Made by a program: the position numbers and the translations under genes. From Squatina squatina (Eukaryota), in assembly GCA_031763465.1 (NCBI GenBank), contig JARFOE010000004.1:5886592-5919883 (forward strand): a stretch of 33,292 nt of DNA, written 5' to 3'. Each line of letters opens with the position of its first letter. The stretch's first letter is position 1. Shown piece by piece: positions 21,861-33,292 of the stretch. Below the pieces are notes generated by a model. That model saw nothing but the letters and a program-made list of their open reading frames with translations. It had not been told where the DNA came from and did no database searches.

Positions 21861-23587
21861 NNNNNNNNNNNNNNNNNNNNNNNNNNNNNNNNNNNNNNNN
21901 NNNNNNNNNNNNNNNNNNNNNNNNNNNNNNNNNNNNNNNNNNNNNNNNNNNNNNNNNNNNGCTCCAATTGCATTCCCTGCGTATTTTTTTCCACAAACAT
22001 CTGACATTTGGAAGAGTCAATCCGATTCCCCTCTTTACTTGAATTTTAAATGCGTATCGCCTGGTATTTGAACAATATTTGGGATCTCTTCATTATCTTG
22101 AAAACTTCAATTGAATCACCTCACTGGCTATTTTTTTTACAAGGAGAGCAAATTAACTTGTTCAACCGTTCCTGATAATTTAGAGTTGTGGTTTTTGTAT
22201 TGGAATAACTGTGAAGTGGAATCCAGTATCAGGCATGTGATATTAAAACTCAGGGAGTGGAGTTACAGTGGCAACTAAATGGTTAAGAGTGATGTTGCCA
22301 TTTACTTTCTAGGTGAGGTCACAGATGAACAGCGAGAAAGAGAGAGGAGGGTTAATGAGATGTCTGTTCCTTAGCAGCTATGATAATGTGCTGTGTCCTT
22401 TTTGATATCTTCAGATATCCATCACAATAAAAGGACGAGGCAGTGCAATTACTCAAAGGAAATTTGAAATTAACTCTTATATTGTTACATTACTTAAAAT
22501 TCTATTGTGACAAGGTTTAGATCTCCCCTTGGATTGCTATGTGCTTCACCCACACCACTGTCGTCTTATTTGTAGCAACTCTAATGAAGCTTAATGCTTC
22601 ATTGAAAGTCAGCTTTGATCATTCATCTTATTTTATGATTTTNNNNNNNNNNNNNNNNNNNNNNNNNNNNNNNNNNNNNNNNNNNNNNNNNNNNNNNNNN
22701 NNNNNNNNNNNNNNNNNNNNNNNNNNNNNNNNNNNNNNNNNNGCCACTTCTGATGTTTGAGTGCCTTTATTTCTGTAATTATAGCATCTTCGTGAGTCAG
22801 CTGAAAACTAACCAAACTGCTGCATTCATTGAGATATTAATTTACTAACTTTGCCAGTACTCTAAGGGCTAATCAATCATTAGTAATGAGCAGCAAAAAG
22901 AAACTTCAACAATTGCAGTCGTAAGCACTTGCGAATCAGGTAGCTAAATAAAGAAAAATGCAAAATATCTTTCCAAGATCTTAGCAATTGCTTCCAGAAA
23001 TCCTTCTGTTTCAGAATCTCATCCCCAGAGAACACAGATTGATAAAATGCAGTGCTGGTGCACATGAAAGTATTAAAAAGCGTGAATGTCGATATCAGGC
23101 ACTGTAAATCTGTAATCCTTTGCCAGCAACGGTTATTTGATGATAAGCCTGTGATTTGTATGCTGTTTGAGTAATTGTCTACATATCCATTTTTAAATCA
23201 CAGAATAATGTATCTCAGATGTTTAAGATAAGGTTGTGGCTAGAAAGATACCTTTCTAGTTACAGTATTAAATTCACTCACACCATAACAATACGGAGAG
23301 TGTATTTCATATTAGGGTTTTACCAGGATGGAATATCATCCTACCATTGTATTAGAGAGAATTTTTAATTGTTTACTGGTTTGTTTGCTTCCTGTAGTTA
23401 TCTCTCTACTTGCTGCCACTCTCTAATGCATTCTGCCTATTTCCCTGCCTTTCTCTTCATTTTCCATTGTTCCTCTTCCCCTCTTGCTGTGTGGCTGCTC
23501 ACACACTCGCATTGATTTCAAGTCTCACTGGACTTTGTGCAGGCGGGACGATCGTGCTGCCCACCTAATGATATTGCTGAGGGTCCT

Positions 23588-23693
23588 CACTGGTGGCTGT
23601 ACCTTCAGCTGCCTCGGCCCTAAGCTCTGGAAGCCCCTCCCTAAACCTCTCCACCTCTCTACCTCTCTTTCCTCCTCGAAGATGCTCCTTAAA
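23588..23693 (+). mobile_element. L2-clade LINE 3' coding fragment
   Basis: GGCTFSCLGPKLWKPLPKPLHLSTSLSSSKMLLK matches the L2 C-terminal pattern G.RAFS..GP.LWN.LP..LR...SL..FK..LKT. Confidence 0.75.
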
Positions 23694-24517
23694 ANNNNNN
23701 NNNNNNNNNNNNNNNNNNNNNNNNNNNNNNNNNNNNNNNNNNNNNNNNNNNNNNNNNNNNNNNNNNNNNNNNNNNNNNNNNNNNNNNNNNNNNNGTTGTG
23801 TCACCCAGGCTACACTGGCTGAGCACATTTGAGTATGTCGGCTCTCTAGGAACTTGTACGTGTGTGGACTTTAGAGAAAGCAAATTGGCCAAGTAGGTTA
23901 TAGATGCATCATCTGCCAAACCGAGGAGTTACTTTATTCAGGTAGACAGCTACAAATTGAGGTTTCAGGCTACATCATTAGTATTTCTTATGTCAGAAAT
24001 GTGGACTCCACCTTCAAACCATGACTCAGTTTGGTGGAGGTACTTTTCAGTCGGTGTCGTTGTACTGTGAATTGTACAGCATATTTATGTATACTGGCCG
24101 CTTTTTTTAATAGACCGAGGAAAACCCCAATTGGATTTCTGTTAATAAATGGAAAGTAAACAAAAATATGGAAGCATTGAAACATGATTTGTAATATATT
24201 TATAGATCACATTGCAGTATTTCTTAGCAGCATAAGAATGTTATTTCTCATAAAACTAGCATGTGAAGACCAAATTGGTTGTTGGCTTGCCATCAAGTAC
24301 ACATGCCAGGACTCCAAACTATCACAAGAGCTGCTGCTCGGTGCCATACACATGCATGAAGGCATTTGTATCTGTACTGAGCATTTTGTACAATACATAT
24401 TTATCACATGCACTTCAACATTTATTTTCTGTAATAATATTTTATTTTACAAAACTAACTGATGCAATTTTTTTTTCAGCTAATGTTAAAAAAGGAAGGG
24501 TTACACACAGCAGGTTG

Positions 24518-24796
24518 CCTTCTCCTGTTTCAAACGCTGTTTGTCCTTTCATCTCCTCGAGATGCTGATGTATGGTTCTACGGGCCTGGATAGCTCTCTG
24601 GTACTTCAACCAAGTGCCTAGTCTTCATGTGCGAGCCTTGACAATCATGGGTGGCACCACCTCTTGCCAGATCTTATCTCACCTGTCTATGAAACATACT
24701 TTCCAGAAAGAATCACTGACTGTGTAGTAATCAGGAATGAAGACTCCTTGTCCTTTCCTTGGAGCAGGGGATTCTCTGGCAAATTGTAGCGCCCTG
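24518..24796 (-). mobile_element. Old SINE-like repeat (copy 2)
   Basis: ccaagtgcctagtcttcatgtgcgagccttgacaa aligns with ccaagtgattaatatttttgtgcaagccttggcaa at about 29215. Confidence 0.5.
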
Positions 24797-25017
24797 GGAT
24801 TTTGTTCTTATTTTTCATTTTTGTCAAATATATTCTTGGTGACATTGAACATTTTTTCCTACAGAGCTTAATCAGTTAATGTTATTCAGCAGGCTACAGA
24901 ACAAGGGAAACATTTCTTTAATACCTGTATGGACACTATGCAACACTCAGTTTTGCCGCATGTCCAAGTAGTATTTGGTCTCTGAAATGACTCTTCCAAC
25001 TTGCAGTGCTGATATGA

Positions 25018-25203
<186 letters not shown>

Positions 25204-25249
25204 TAACCGGTCTCAATATCTTACTGCAAATAAAAATAAAAATTAACAA

Positions 25250-25433
25250 CCCTGTAAATCTGAAATAAAAAAATAAATAATGGGAATGTCCAGTTGGTCA
25301 GTAGTCATCTGAAGGAGAAAGAAAGGTTGTCTTCTGAGGAGTGAAATGAGGAAGGGTCACACCTGAAATGTGAATTGATCTCTCGCTTTCACATGTTTGC
25401 TGATCATTGCAAACATTTTCTTTTATTTTAGAA
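25250..25433. mobile_element. Decayed Penelope-like inverted remnant with a degenerate hammerhead on the + strand
   Basis: Inverted arms aaatctgaaataaaa and ttttattttagaat. The internal aTGAGGA-AGGGTCACACCT-GAAATGTG is homologous to 5424-5456. Confidence 0.55.
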
Positions 25434-27373
25434 TGTATTTCTCTCCTGTTAAGTTAATTCATTTAGAGTCTTTTTATTTTGCTGGGACAGGAGTGTGAAA
25501 TCTTTCTTTCCTGAGTCAGCATTGATCTCCAAGACCTGCTTTGTGTAGCTGAGAGGTGAGGTGGAGAAGCCTAACCTCTGCCTATGTTGACTGAGTCAGT
25601 TCTCCAAAGGTATGTGACAGTGGAGTTATATTGACAACTCTTCTCTCCCCCAGCCTGGTAAGAAAGTGTCTTCCCTCCATTTAACATCTCCTCTTTTCAG
25701 TGGCGCTCCTGAGAGTGGGAACTCTGGGGCGGGGATCAAACCTATATCACCTCATGCTTCAACACTGTTCTGACAGATTTTACCTGCCACTCAGCTTGGA
25801 GGTAAAATTTCTTNNNNNNNNNNNNNNNNNNNNNNNNNNNNNNNNNNNNNNNNNNNNNNNNNNNNNNNNNNNNNNNNNNNNNNNNNNNNNNNNNNNNNNN
25901 NNNNNNNNNNNNNTCCCCAGAGGGAGTGGTGGCAGATTGTCCAGCAGTGAGATGATAATTTTTCTACTGTTTGACACCGAATAAAGGAAAACTGAATGGT
26001 GGATAAGTGTAACCATGGACTTCGCCTGGCCTCTTGTCAACTGGCACATCTCCTGGTGGTCACTTACCTGCTCCAGCATTCAATAAAAGGACAAAATAAA
26101 ATGCTTTGCATCAGTGTCAATTTACTGTTGCTGGCAACCATAGAATCACTTCTCTTCAATGGATAAAAAGGCAATGGAGGAAAAATTCGGTAGGTTAGCG
26201 CCTTCCATTAACACCTGCAGAGGGCAGGATCAGACACTGATGCAGTAACGCTGGGGCGAGGTGAATCCAGCGGTGCACATCAAATCTGGACCCACAGTTG
26301 TGCTGCCGGGTGCGAGGTACCACCAGACACTTCAACGCCAGGCAGATCATGACGTCAGTGAGCATGCAACACTCACTTGATGCCTGATCCACTAGTTGGT
26401 TTTGGCTACAAACAAAAATTGCTGGAAAAACTCANNNNNNNNNNNNNNNNNNNNNNNNNNNNNNNNNNNNNNNNNNNNNNNNNNNNNNNNNNNNNNNNNN
26501 NNNNNNNNNNNNNNNNNNNNNNNNNNNNNNNNNNGCTTTACTCCATTAAAACTACTTGACTGCTGAATTAAACCTCCACACTCATCACTAGTTCAGTTTA
26601 TTGTGCAGCATTAATGTTTGTGGAAGATTGCATTTCATTTCATGTTATGATTCGATAATAAATGCACGTATACACATGTTATCTTTACTGTGGAGCAGAG
26701 GATGGGCAAATCTTTGAGGCTAATGGATCAAGACCTTCAGAACAGCAGCCTATTGTTAACTCTGTGGCACAGAATATGCACAAGATTATTATTACTTTTC
26801 AACCACTTCTCACTAGGAGAATGGGAGTGCTTAATAACAGTAATGAGATTTACTGTGCCATCGCATTCCTGCAGAGATTTAAACAGCAGTCTGGATTTTT
26901 TTTTAAACAGGAGTGCATAGTGCCCACGCGTCCTATTTCTGGAGTTGGGATTCAGATAGCACCAACATCCTCCTGATTTTTGGCTGTCCAAACCCTATTT
27001 TGAAAAGAAAGAAGCATTTGTGGAGGATTATTCTGGGAAGCTGACCAACAGAATATAGCAGAGGTTCAGGAAATACATCAGAGACGGATAGAGAGCTGGA
27101 TTGACAGTCAGGCAGATGATGAGCAGGCAGACAGAATGATCATTATATCCCACTTCCTATGCACGAAGGAATGAGAAGTAGCTGTAGCTGACTGCAGGCT
27201 TGTGTTCCATTCATTTAACGGCACCTTTCATTTATGGAATCTCATACAGTAAGCCTCCTCTCCTGGAAACACTNNNNNNNNNNNNNNNNNNNNNNNNNNN
27301 NNNNNNNNNNNNNNNNNNNNNNNNNNNNNNNNNNNNNNNNNNNNNNNNNNNNNNNNNNNNNNNNNNNNNNNNN

Positions 27374-27597
27374 TCTATGAAGATAAAAATTGCCCATGAT
27401 TATTGCAGTACCTTTTTACAAGCCCCCATTATTTCTTGATTTGTACTCTGTCCCATAGTGTAGCTACTGTTAGGGGGCCTTTAAACTACTCCCACCAGTG
27501 ACTTCTTTCCCTTGCTACGTCTTACCTCCACCCAAATGGATTCTACTTCTTGACCTTCCAAGCCAAGATCATTTCTCACTGTTGTACTCATCCTTTA
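27374..27597 (-). mobile_element. CR1 ORF2 AP-endonuclease fragment
   Basis: Minus strand VRNDLGLEGQEVESIWVEVRRSKGKKSLVGVV*RPPNSS, then after a frameshift KGTAIIMG. These are the ESIWV, VGVYYRPP and IMGDFN endonuclease motifs. Confidence 0.85.
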
Positions 27598-27624
27598 TTA
27601 ACATCTCCTGCTGTCATTCCTAAC

Positions 27625-27885
27625 ACCATTACCAATTTCCTGAACTAATTCTGTGCCAGGTTGCTCGGGGGGGCGGGGTGCGCACGGTGATGATGTCATA
27701 ATCACCATGCTCCGCCGATGTCCTTGCCACGCCCGGCCACGGAGACACGTCCTCTCGGTGCCTCTGCAAAACATCCCCCGAATGCCACGCAAGCCGGCTG
27801 CAGCGCCGCTTGCTGCAAAAAGCAGCTGAGCGCCGTGGGAGTGCCTCCAGCGGGCATATGAATTTCTAACCCCAAATTTCTACCC
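27625..27885. mobile_element. Right part of a GC-rich TIR element related to 15201-15843
   Basis: The 18-mer gcacggtgatgatgtcat is identical at 27682 and 15649. The element ends in AATTTCTAACCCC and AATTTCTACCC. Confidence 0.6.
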
Positions 27886-29139
27886 TGCATCGGAGGAGAT
27901 TGGTGTGAGATTCCCTCAGAGACTGCCTTACACGCCTGGCTTTAACAGCTGTCATGTTTAGTGTAAGAGAGTCTGTCAAGTCTCTTGGATATTTAGCAAC
28001 TGCAGCAGAGTTTATTTAAATGTTGTATGTGTGTGGAGACTTTGGGACCAAAGCACCCTCACCATCAAAACACCACAACCATGGTCAATTTCACTACATC
28101 TGTCACTACAACCCATGCATACTGGAGTCCATCATGGTGCAATGTACAATTCACAGTCCTGCCACATTCACACCTGTCACAACCTTCTCACATCAAAGTA
28201 TAAAACATATCCTAGGTGCATGATGCACAGCTAATTGCTCCAATATCCCTGCTTCAGCAAGCAATGGCTAACTTCACAAATTATGCATGTGCTGCATTAC
28301 TTGTATGCTTGTCGTAATATAAATGATCATGATCACGTTATGAAAATTAACATTGCAGGCGATCTTCTATTCTAACTTGCTAGTGAATTCTACAACAGAA
28401 TTATCTTAAAGAATGGTTGTGAATTTCAAAAGATGCAGAAAATCTGATTAAAGAACACTACTGACATTACAATACTCATAAGCAGATTTGCTGATGAGAA
28501 ACTCCACATCAGTGACTTTGACAGCTGCGAACTTTAATTTCTCTCATTATGTTACTATAAATACCATCTCATGTATTACATGGTAACACTATATTTGCAT
28601 ATTAACAGTTGAATATATGTTGAATATATTTGCATATTAGCAATTGGTTCTTAATCTAAAGATGTTTTGTGAGAGAGGGCAGAAAAAGCTTGGTAGCAGG
28701 TGCACAAATGTGGTATTCAGCTTCTAATACAGTCTGTAATGTTACTTCTTATTGGAGCAATCATGTAGTGTGTTGAAACACAATTCACTCGTCAGTGCTG
28801 CAGGATTTATAAAAATAGAATATGAACATGTTGCATAGCTTGTAATAGATCATTTTTGGAGTTGAATTCAAGCCGTGACATTTATGATACCAAATTTTCA
28901 TGTTTGTTCAATTCCATTATGGGTTTTACTGTTGAATATTTAATAACAGAGATATAGGGGTGATTGCACCTGCTGTTATATTCTTGACATATCTTTTCAA
29001 TTCTTCTGAAAGATGGTATATATTTATTTGACTTTTTGCTTTCAAATGTGCAAAGCCTATGCATTTTTTGATTGTTAATAATGTTGTGGGAAAGATATTA
29101 CAGTTGGTTACAATTTATAATTGAGCAACCATCATTTTT

Positions 29140-29430
29140 TCTCTCTCGCTTCAATTATCTCCCCTCCCCTTCTGAAAGTGTTAACTCCTTGCTGGGCACT
29201 TTCCTCTAACTCACCCAAGTGATTAATATTTTTGTGCAAGCCTTGGCAACAAGTGGCCACCTTGATGCAAGTTACATCAGAACTGAGGCCCACCCCATAC
29301 ACTTCTAACAAGCACCCTGGACAGTGCATTAGGAATAGAAAGCCTGAATGCTGCTTTTCCCCCCTTCCTAACTCAGTTGACCCATATAGCAGTTACATCC
29401 ATAGGACTCGGTGACTTAATCCATCGAGGT
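29140..29430 (-). mobile_element. Old SINE-like repeat (copy 3)
   Basis: It shares blocks with 24518-24796 and 20185-20572. Confidence 0.45.
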
Positions 29431-30037
29431 TAAAAATGGAAAATGTTGACTGGATGTTGAGAACTCCTCAAATGTGAAGATTTTCCTTTCATCCATAGAC
29501 ACTAAATTAGAGGGAGCAACTACATCCCCAGTGCTGCTATTCGGGTGCAATGCCCCCCTTCCCAATCAATCTGAAATACCTGCCTTTGCCTAATTCAGAG
29601 TAGGCTTGTTGCTAGAACTTGTTGATGGGCAGGAAATTTGAATCTGCCAGTTTAACTGGTTGCAAAGCCGGAATGAAATGCTGGCTGCCNNNNNNNNNNN
29701 NNNNNNNNNNNNNNNNNNNNNNNNNNNNNNNNNNNNNNNNNNNNNNNNNNNNNNNNNNNNNNNNNNNNNNNNNNNNNNNNNNNNNNNNNTAATTACTCCA
29801 ATATCTAAACCAAGGTATGATTTTTTTGTTTGTAAATTTAAACAAATGTTTGTACCCTGTCTGTTAATTGTTAAATATCTGTCTGTTTTCCTAATTTGTT
29901 TATCGGTAATGATTCTCTTTTTGAAATCATTTATTTATAAGATGATAAGTAGCAGCTCAGTAGCAGCAAATTAAAAGCTATATCAATTTATATGGTTCAC
30001 TGAAAGGTTAGCATTTTCATGCTAANNNNNNNNNNAT

Positions 30038-30205
<168 letters not shown>

Positions 30206-32467
30206 TGAAATGACTGTCAGTGGTGCCATATTTTAATACTGGGTCTGACTGTTATTATCCTCTAATCAACTGTTGTTTGCATCCCAAATCAGTAACCCTT
30301 CTGGGTGAAGTAATCACACACNNNNNNNNNNNNNNNNNNNNNNNNNNNNNNNNNNNNNNNNNNNNNNNNNNNNNNNNNNNNNNNNNNNNNNNNNNNNNNN
30401 NNNNNNNNNNNNNNNNNNNNNTCCCAGTGTTGGGGGAAATGGAGTACCACCAACTATTTGCATTCACAACCTCAGAAGACCTTTCCCACCTCTCCCCAGC
30501 ACGTGTGAGAATGGTTCAGGTTCTCTAACCAGTCAATGTTATGAATGCTCTAAATGAAAATGTAAGTGTCGTGCCCATTATTGATAGTTGAACCCTGAGA
30601 CTCAAAGAAGTTAGATTGAGACTCCCCAGACAAATGTTGGTGCATTGCAACAAGTAAAGAGAGACTTTTGTTCATTCAGTCTGGGCTAACCCAGAGACAT
30701 GCTACTACACTAAGATACAAGTCTCTCTTCTATTAGTTCCTAAACAACCAACTTTACTACTTTAACCATTGTTTTCTCCAAGACCTTAGCCATCACTGCA
30801 AGGCTTTATCACTGACTTCTGTGGCATCTCCTGATTCAATCAAAGACCCAATTTCCATTTATCAGAAAGACCCCTTCCATGTCAGTGATTGATTAACTGA
30901 GTGTACCAAAAGTGTGGCAGTTCCTTTAGAAAACAATTTTAAATGAAAGGAAATCATAGTCAAGCCCCATGAAAAGCTTTGGAGATGACAGCTTGAATAT
31001 TGGCTGCAAGAATAAGCTTAAACTTCAATTGATCCAGAGACTTTAAAAAAAACTGTCTGCAGTTAATATCATGAGATGGGACATATGGCTTGTCAGAGTT
31101 CAATGTCATGACAGCAAAAACAAATAAGTGCTAATATGCTGCACAATGTCCCGATGGTCCTGTGATAAATCATTATTGATTTTCAGTGTAATAGCTTTAT
31201 GATTATGGTTTTGCTGATCAGAGTTCTGCCTTATTATGTGCCAAAAGAACTAGTGGAGTTAGCTTTGTGGTGTTCAGCCAACTGTGTACATAATAAATAG
31301 TCATGGACTGAATCCTGATTGCAGCGGAGTTAAAAGCATTTTATTCTCATTATAATATCANNNNNNNNNNNNNNNNNNNNNNNNNNNNNNNNNNNNNNNN
31401 NNNNNNNNNNNNNNNNNNNNNNNNNNNNNNNNNNNNNNNNNNNNNNNNNNNNNNNNNNNNATGAACGCAGTGGAGGCTCAGACTAACAGAGTGCCCCCAT
31501 TGCTCTCACAAAGAGATAGTTTACAACAACATTTAGCTCCTTTTTCTTATTTATGAGTAAGATATTTGTGCAGAACCCCAAGCGCTACAAATGAATTAAT
31601 ACCTTTTTAAACATGCAAACTGTAGCCAAAGGCAGGCTCTAGAGTAGAAGATGCACAGATAAAATTATGGTAGTTTTTTTTTAATGTAATTATTATCTGT
31701 AGCCAACAGTTAAAAGTGGTAGCAATTATTTCTTTGAAGGAATTATTAAAGTCACTATGTGAATAAGATAAGTGCTTTAAATAAAACCAAACACAATTAA
31801 GGCAATATTGTTTTGAATACATATTGTGCTTTAAATGTTTGATTATTAAATAATATTTAATAACCTAGCCATCCACAAATTGACTAGAAGTGGCTTTTAA
31901 TATATCAAGCAATTATTACTTGGCATCAGAGTTCAATAAGATTTAACGACATACCAATATACCTGCCAACCTCGCAGCGGTTTTATTGGAGTTTTCAGAT
32001 TTATTGCTACATATATCTCCCCTTCAGTTCCCGTGTCTTCTTCATCTTAATGTGCCACAGTCTCAACAGAGTGCCACGCTGGGTGTGATTTCCCTTGGTC
32101 TTTGTAACAAAATTGGAAATGTATTCTTTACAAAGGTGTTTATGATTTTGCTACAAGTCACGCACAAGGGGGGATCTTCTCATTTGGGGTGTGAGTAATT
32201 CAGTTTTTGAGCAGGCTGTTTAGGAATTTCAACTGGATAAAAAATAATTAAGTTTAATATACCGAGTTGTTTATTTCACTTCCATGGGGGCATTCGGATT
32301 TTCTATATATTTTCAGCAGGAGCAAAGAAACATCAGCTGGGTGTCTCACACTGTCAGTGGGGAAATGCTCTCACAGGGAGTGTGGGTCGGACAATCAGCA
32401 CTACAGTAGTTGTAGCTCCTGCCTGCATAGATTGTGGAATAAATGCACCGAGCCGTGATTCCACCTA

Positions 32468-33138
32468 CATAAGAAGTAGGAGCAGGAGTAGGCCATTCAG
32501 TCCCTCGAGCCTGCTCCGCCATTCACCAAGATCATGGCTGATCTTCTACCTTAACTCCACTTTCCTGCCCGATCCCCATACCCCTTGATTCCCTTATTAT
32601 CCAAAAATCTATCAATTTCAGCCTTGAATGACTGAGCATCCACAGCCCTCTGAGGTAGAGAATTACAAAGATTCACCACCCTCTGAGTGAAGAAATTTCT
32701 CCTCACCTCAGTCCTAAATGGCCGACCAATTATCCTGAGACTGTGACCCCTGGTTCTAGATTCCTCAGCCAGGGGAACATCCTCCCTGCATCTACCCATA
32801 AGAATTTTATAAGTTTCAATGAGATCACCTCTCATTCTTCTAAACCCTAGGGAATATAGGCTTAGTCTTCTCAATCTTTCATCATACGACAACCCCCCCA
32901 TCCCAGGAATCAATCTAGTGAATCTTTATTGCACTCCCTCTATGGCAAATATATCCTTGCCTTGGCAAGGAGACCAAAACTGTACACAATACTCCAAGTG
33001 TGGTCTCACCAAGGCCCTATATAATTGCAATAAGACTTCTTTATCCTTACACTCCAATCCTTTTGTAACAAAGGCTAACATATCATTTGCGTTTCTAATT
33101 GCTTGCTGTACTTAAATGGTAACTTTCTGTGATTCGTG
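32468..33138 (-). mobile_element. 5'-truncated CR1 LINE, about 670 bp, with ORF2 C-terminus, 3' UTR and tail
   Basis: MIPGMGGLSYDERLRRLSLYSLGFRRMRGDLIETYKIL...SRTRGHSLRI..RPFRTEVRRNFFTQRVVNLCNSLP. The 3' UTR is of the same family as 21597 and 1811. Confidence 0.93.
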
Positions 33139-33292
33139 TTGCATTCCCAACCTACCCCCTGGCCAGTTTTCAACAAAGCAAAAGGTCAAAACTCTAGTGA
33201 GACAAGAGTTTATTATGGCCCTGACACCTTATTGCTTCTGAGACCTGCAGCTATAATCAAAGCTTGCAGTTCCTATTTACTACTTGTGTGTT

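Noticed and set aside
23795-23822. LCHPGYTG as a fragment of a Sushi or EGF exon
   Set aside because: A stop codon follows immediately with no donor site, and it does not match the CSMD1 exon expected at this position.

Overview
This is eukaryotic, AT-rich vertebrate DNA. The repeat complement (CR1/L2 LINEs, a Deu-domain SINE, Penelope-type inverted ends) suggests a cartilaginous fish such as a shark, but that is an inference. The window lies inside a CSMD1-like gene (CUB and Sushi multiple domains) on the + strand. Three coding exons are visible: 14240-14434 (first Sushi domain), 25038-25150 (C-terminal part of CUB2) and 30061-30173 (C-terminal part of CUB3). They correspond, from memory of the human gene, to about exons 4, 6 and 12. 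The intervening exons were not found. The window is about 26 short contigs joined by 25 N-gaps (21 of them about 100 N), so true distances are probably much larger and the missing exons probably lie in the gaps. The rest is intron filled with decayed transposable elements, and almost all ORFs in the track are spurious or TE remnants. I found no clearly new multi-gene system. The best second-look items are a hammerhead-ribozyme core inside a 28-bp inverted repeat, a candidate 63-nt poison exon, a CpG-rich 20/60-bp minisatellite ending in a YY1 motif, a GC-rich TIR element splitting a CR1 reverse transcriptase, and two co-oriented CTCF-like sites.
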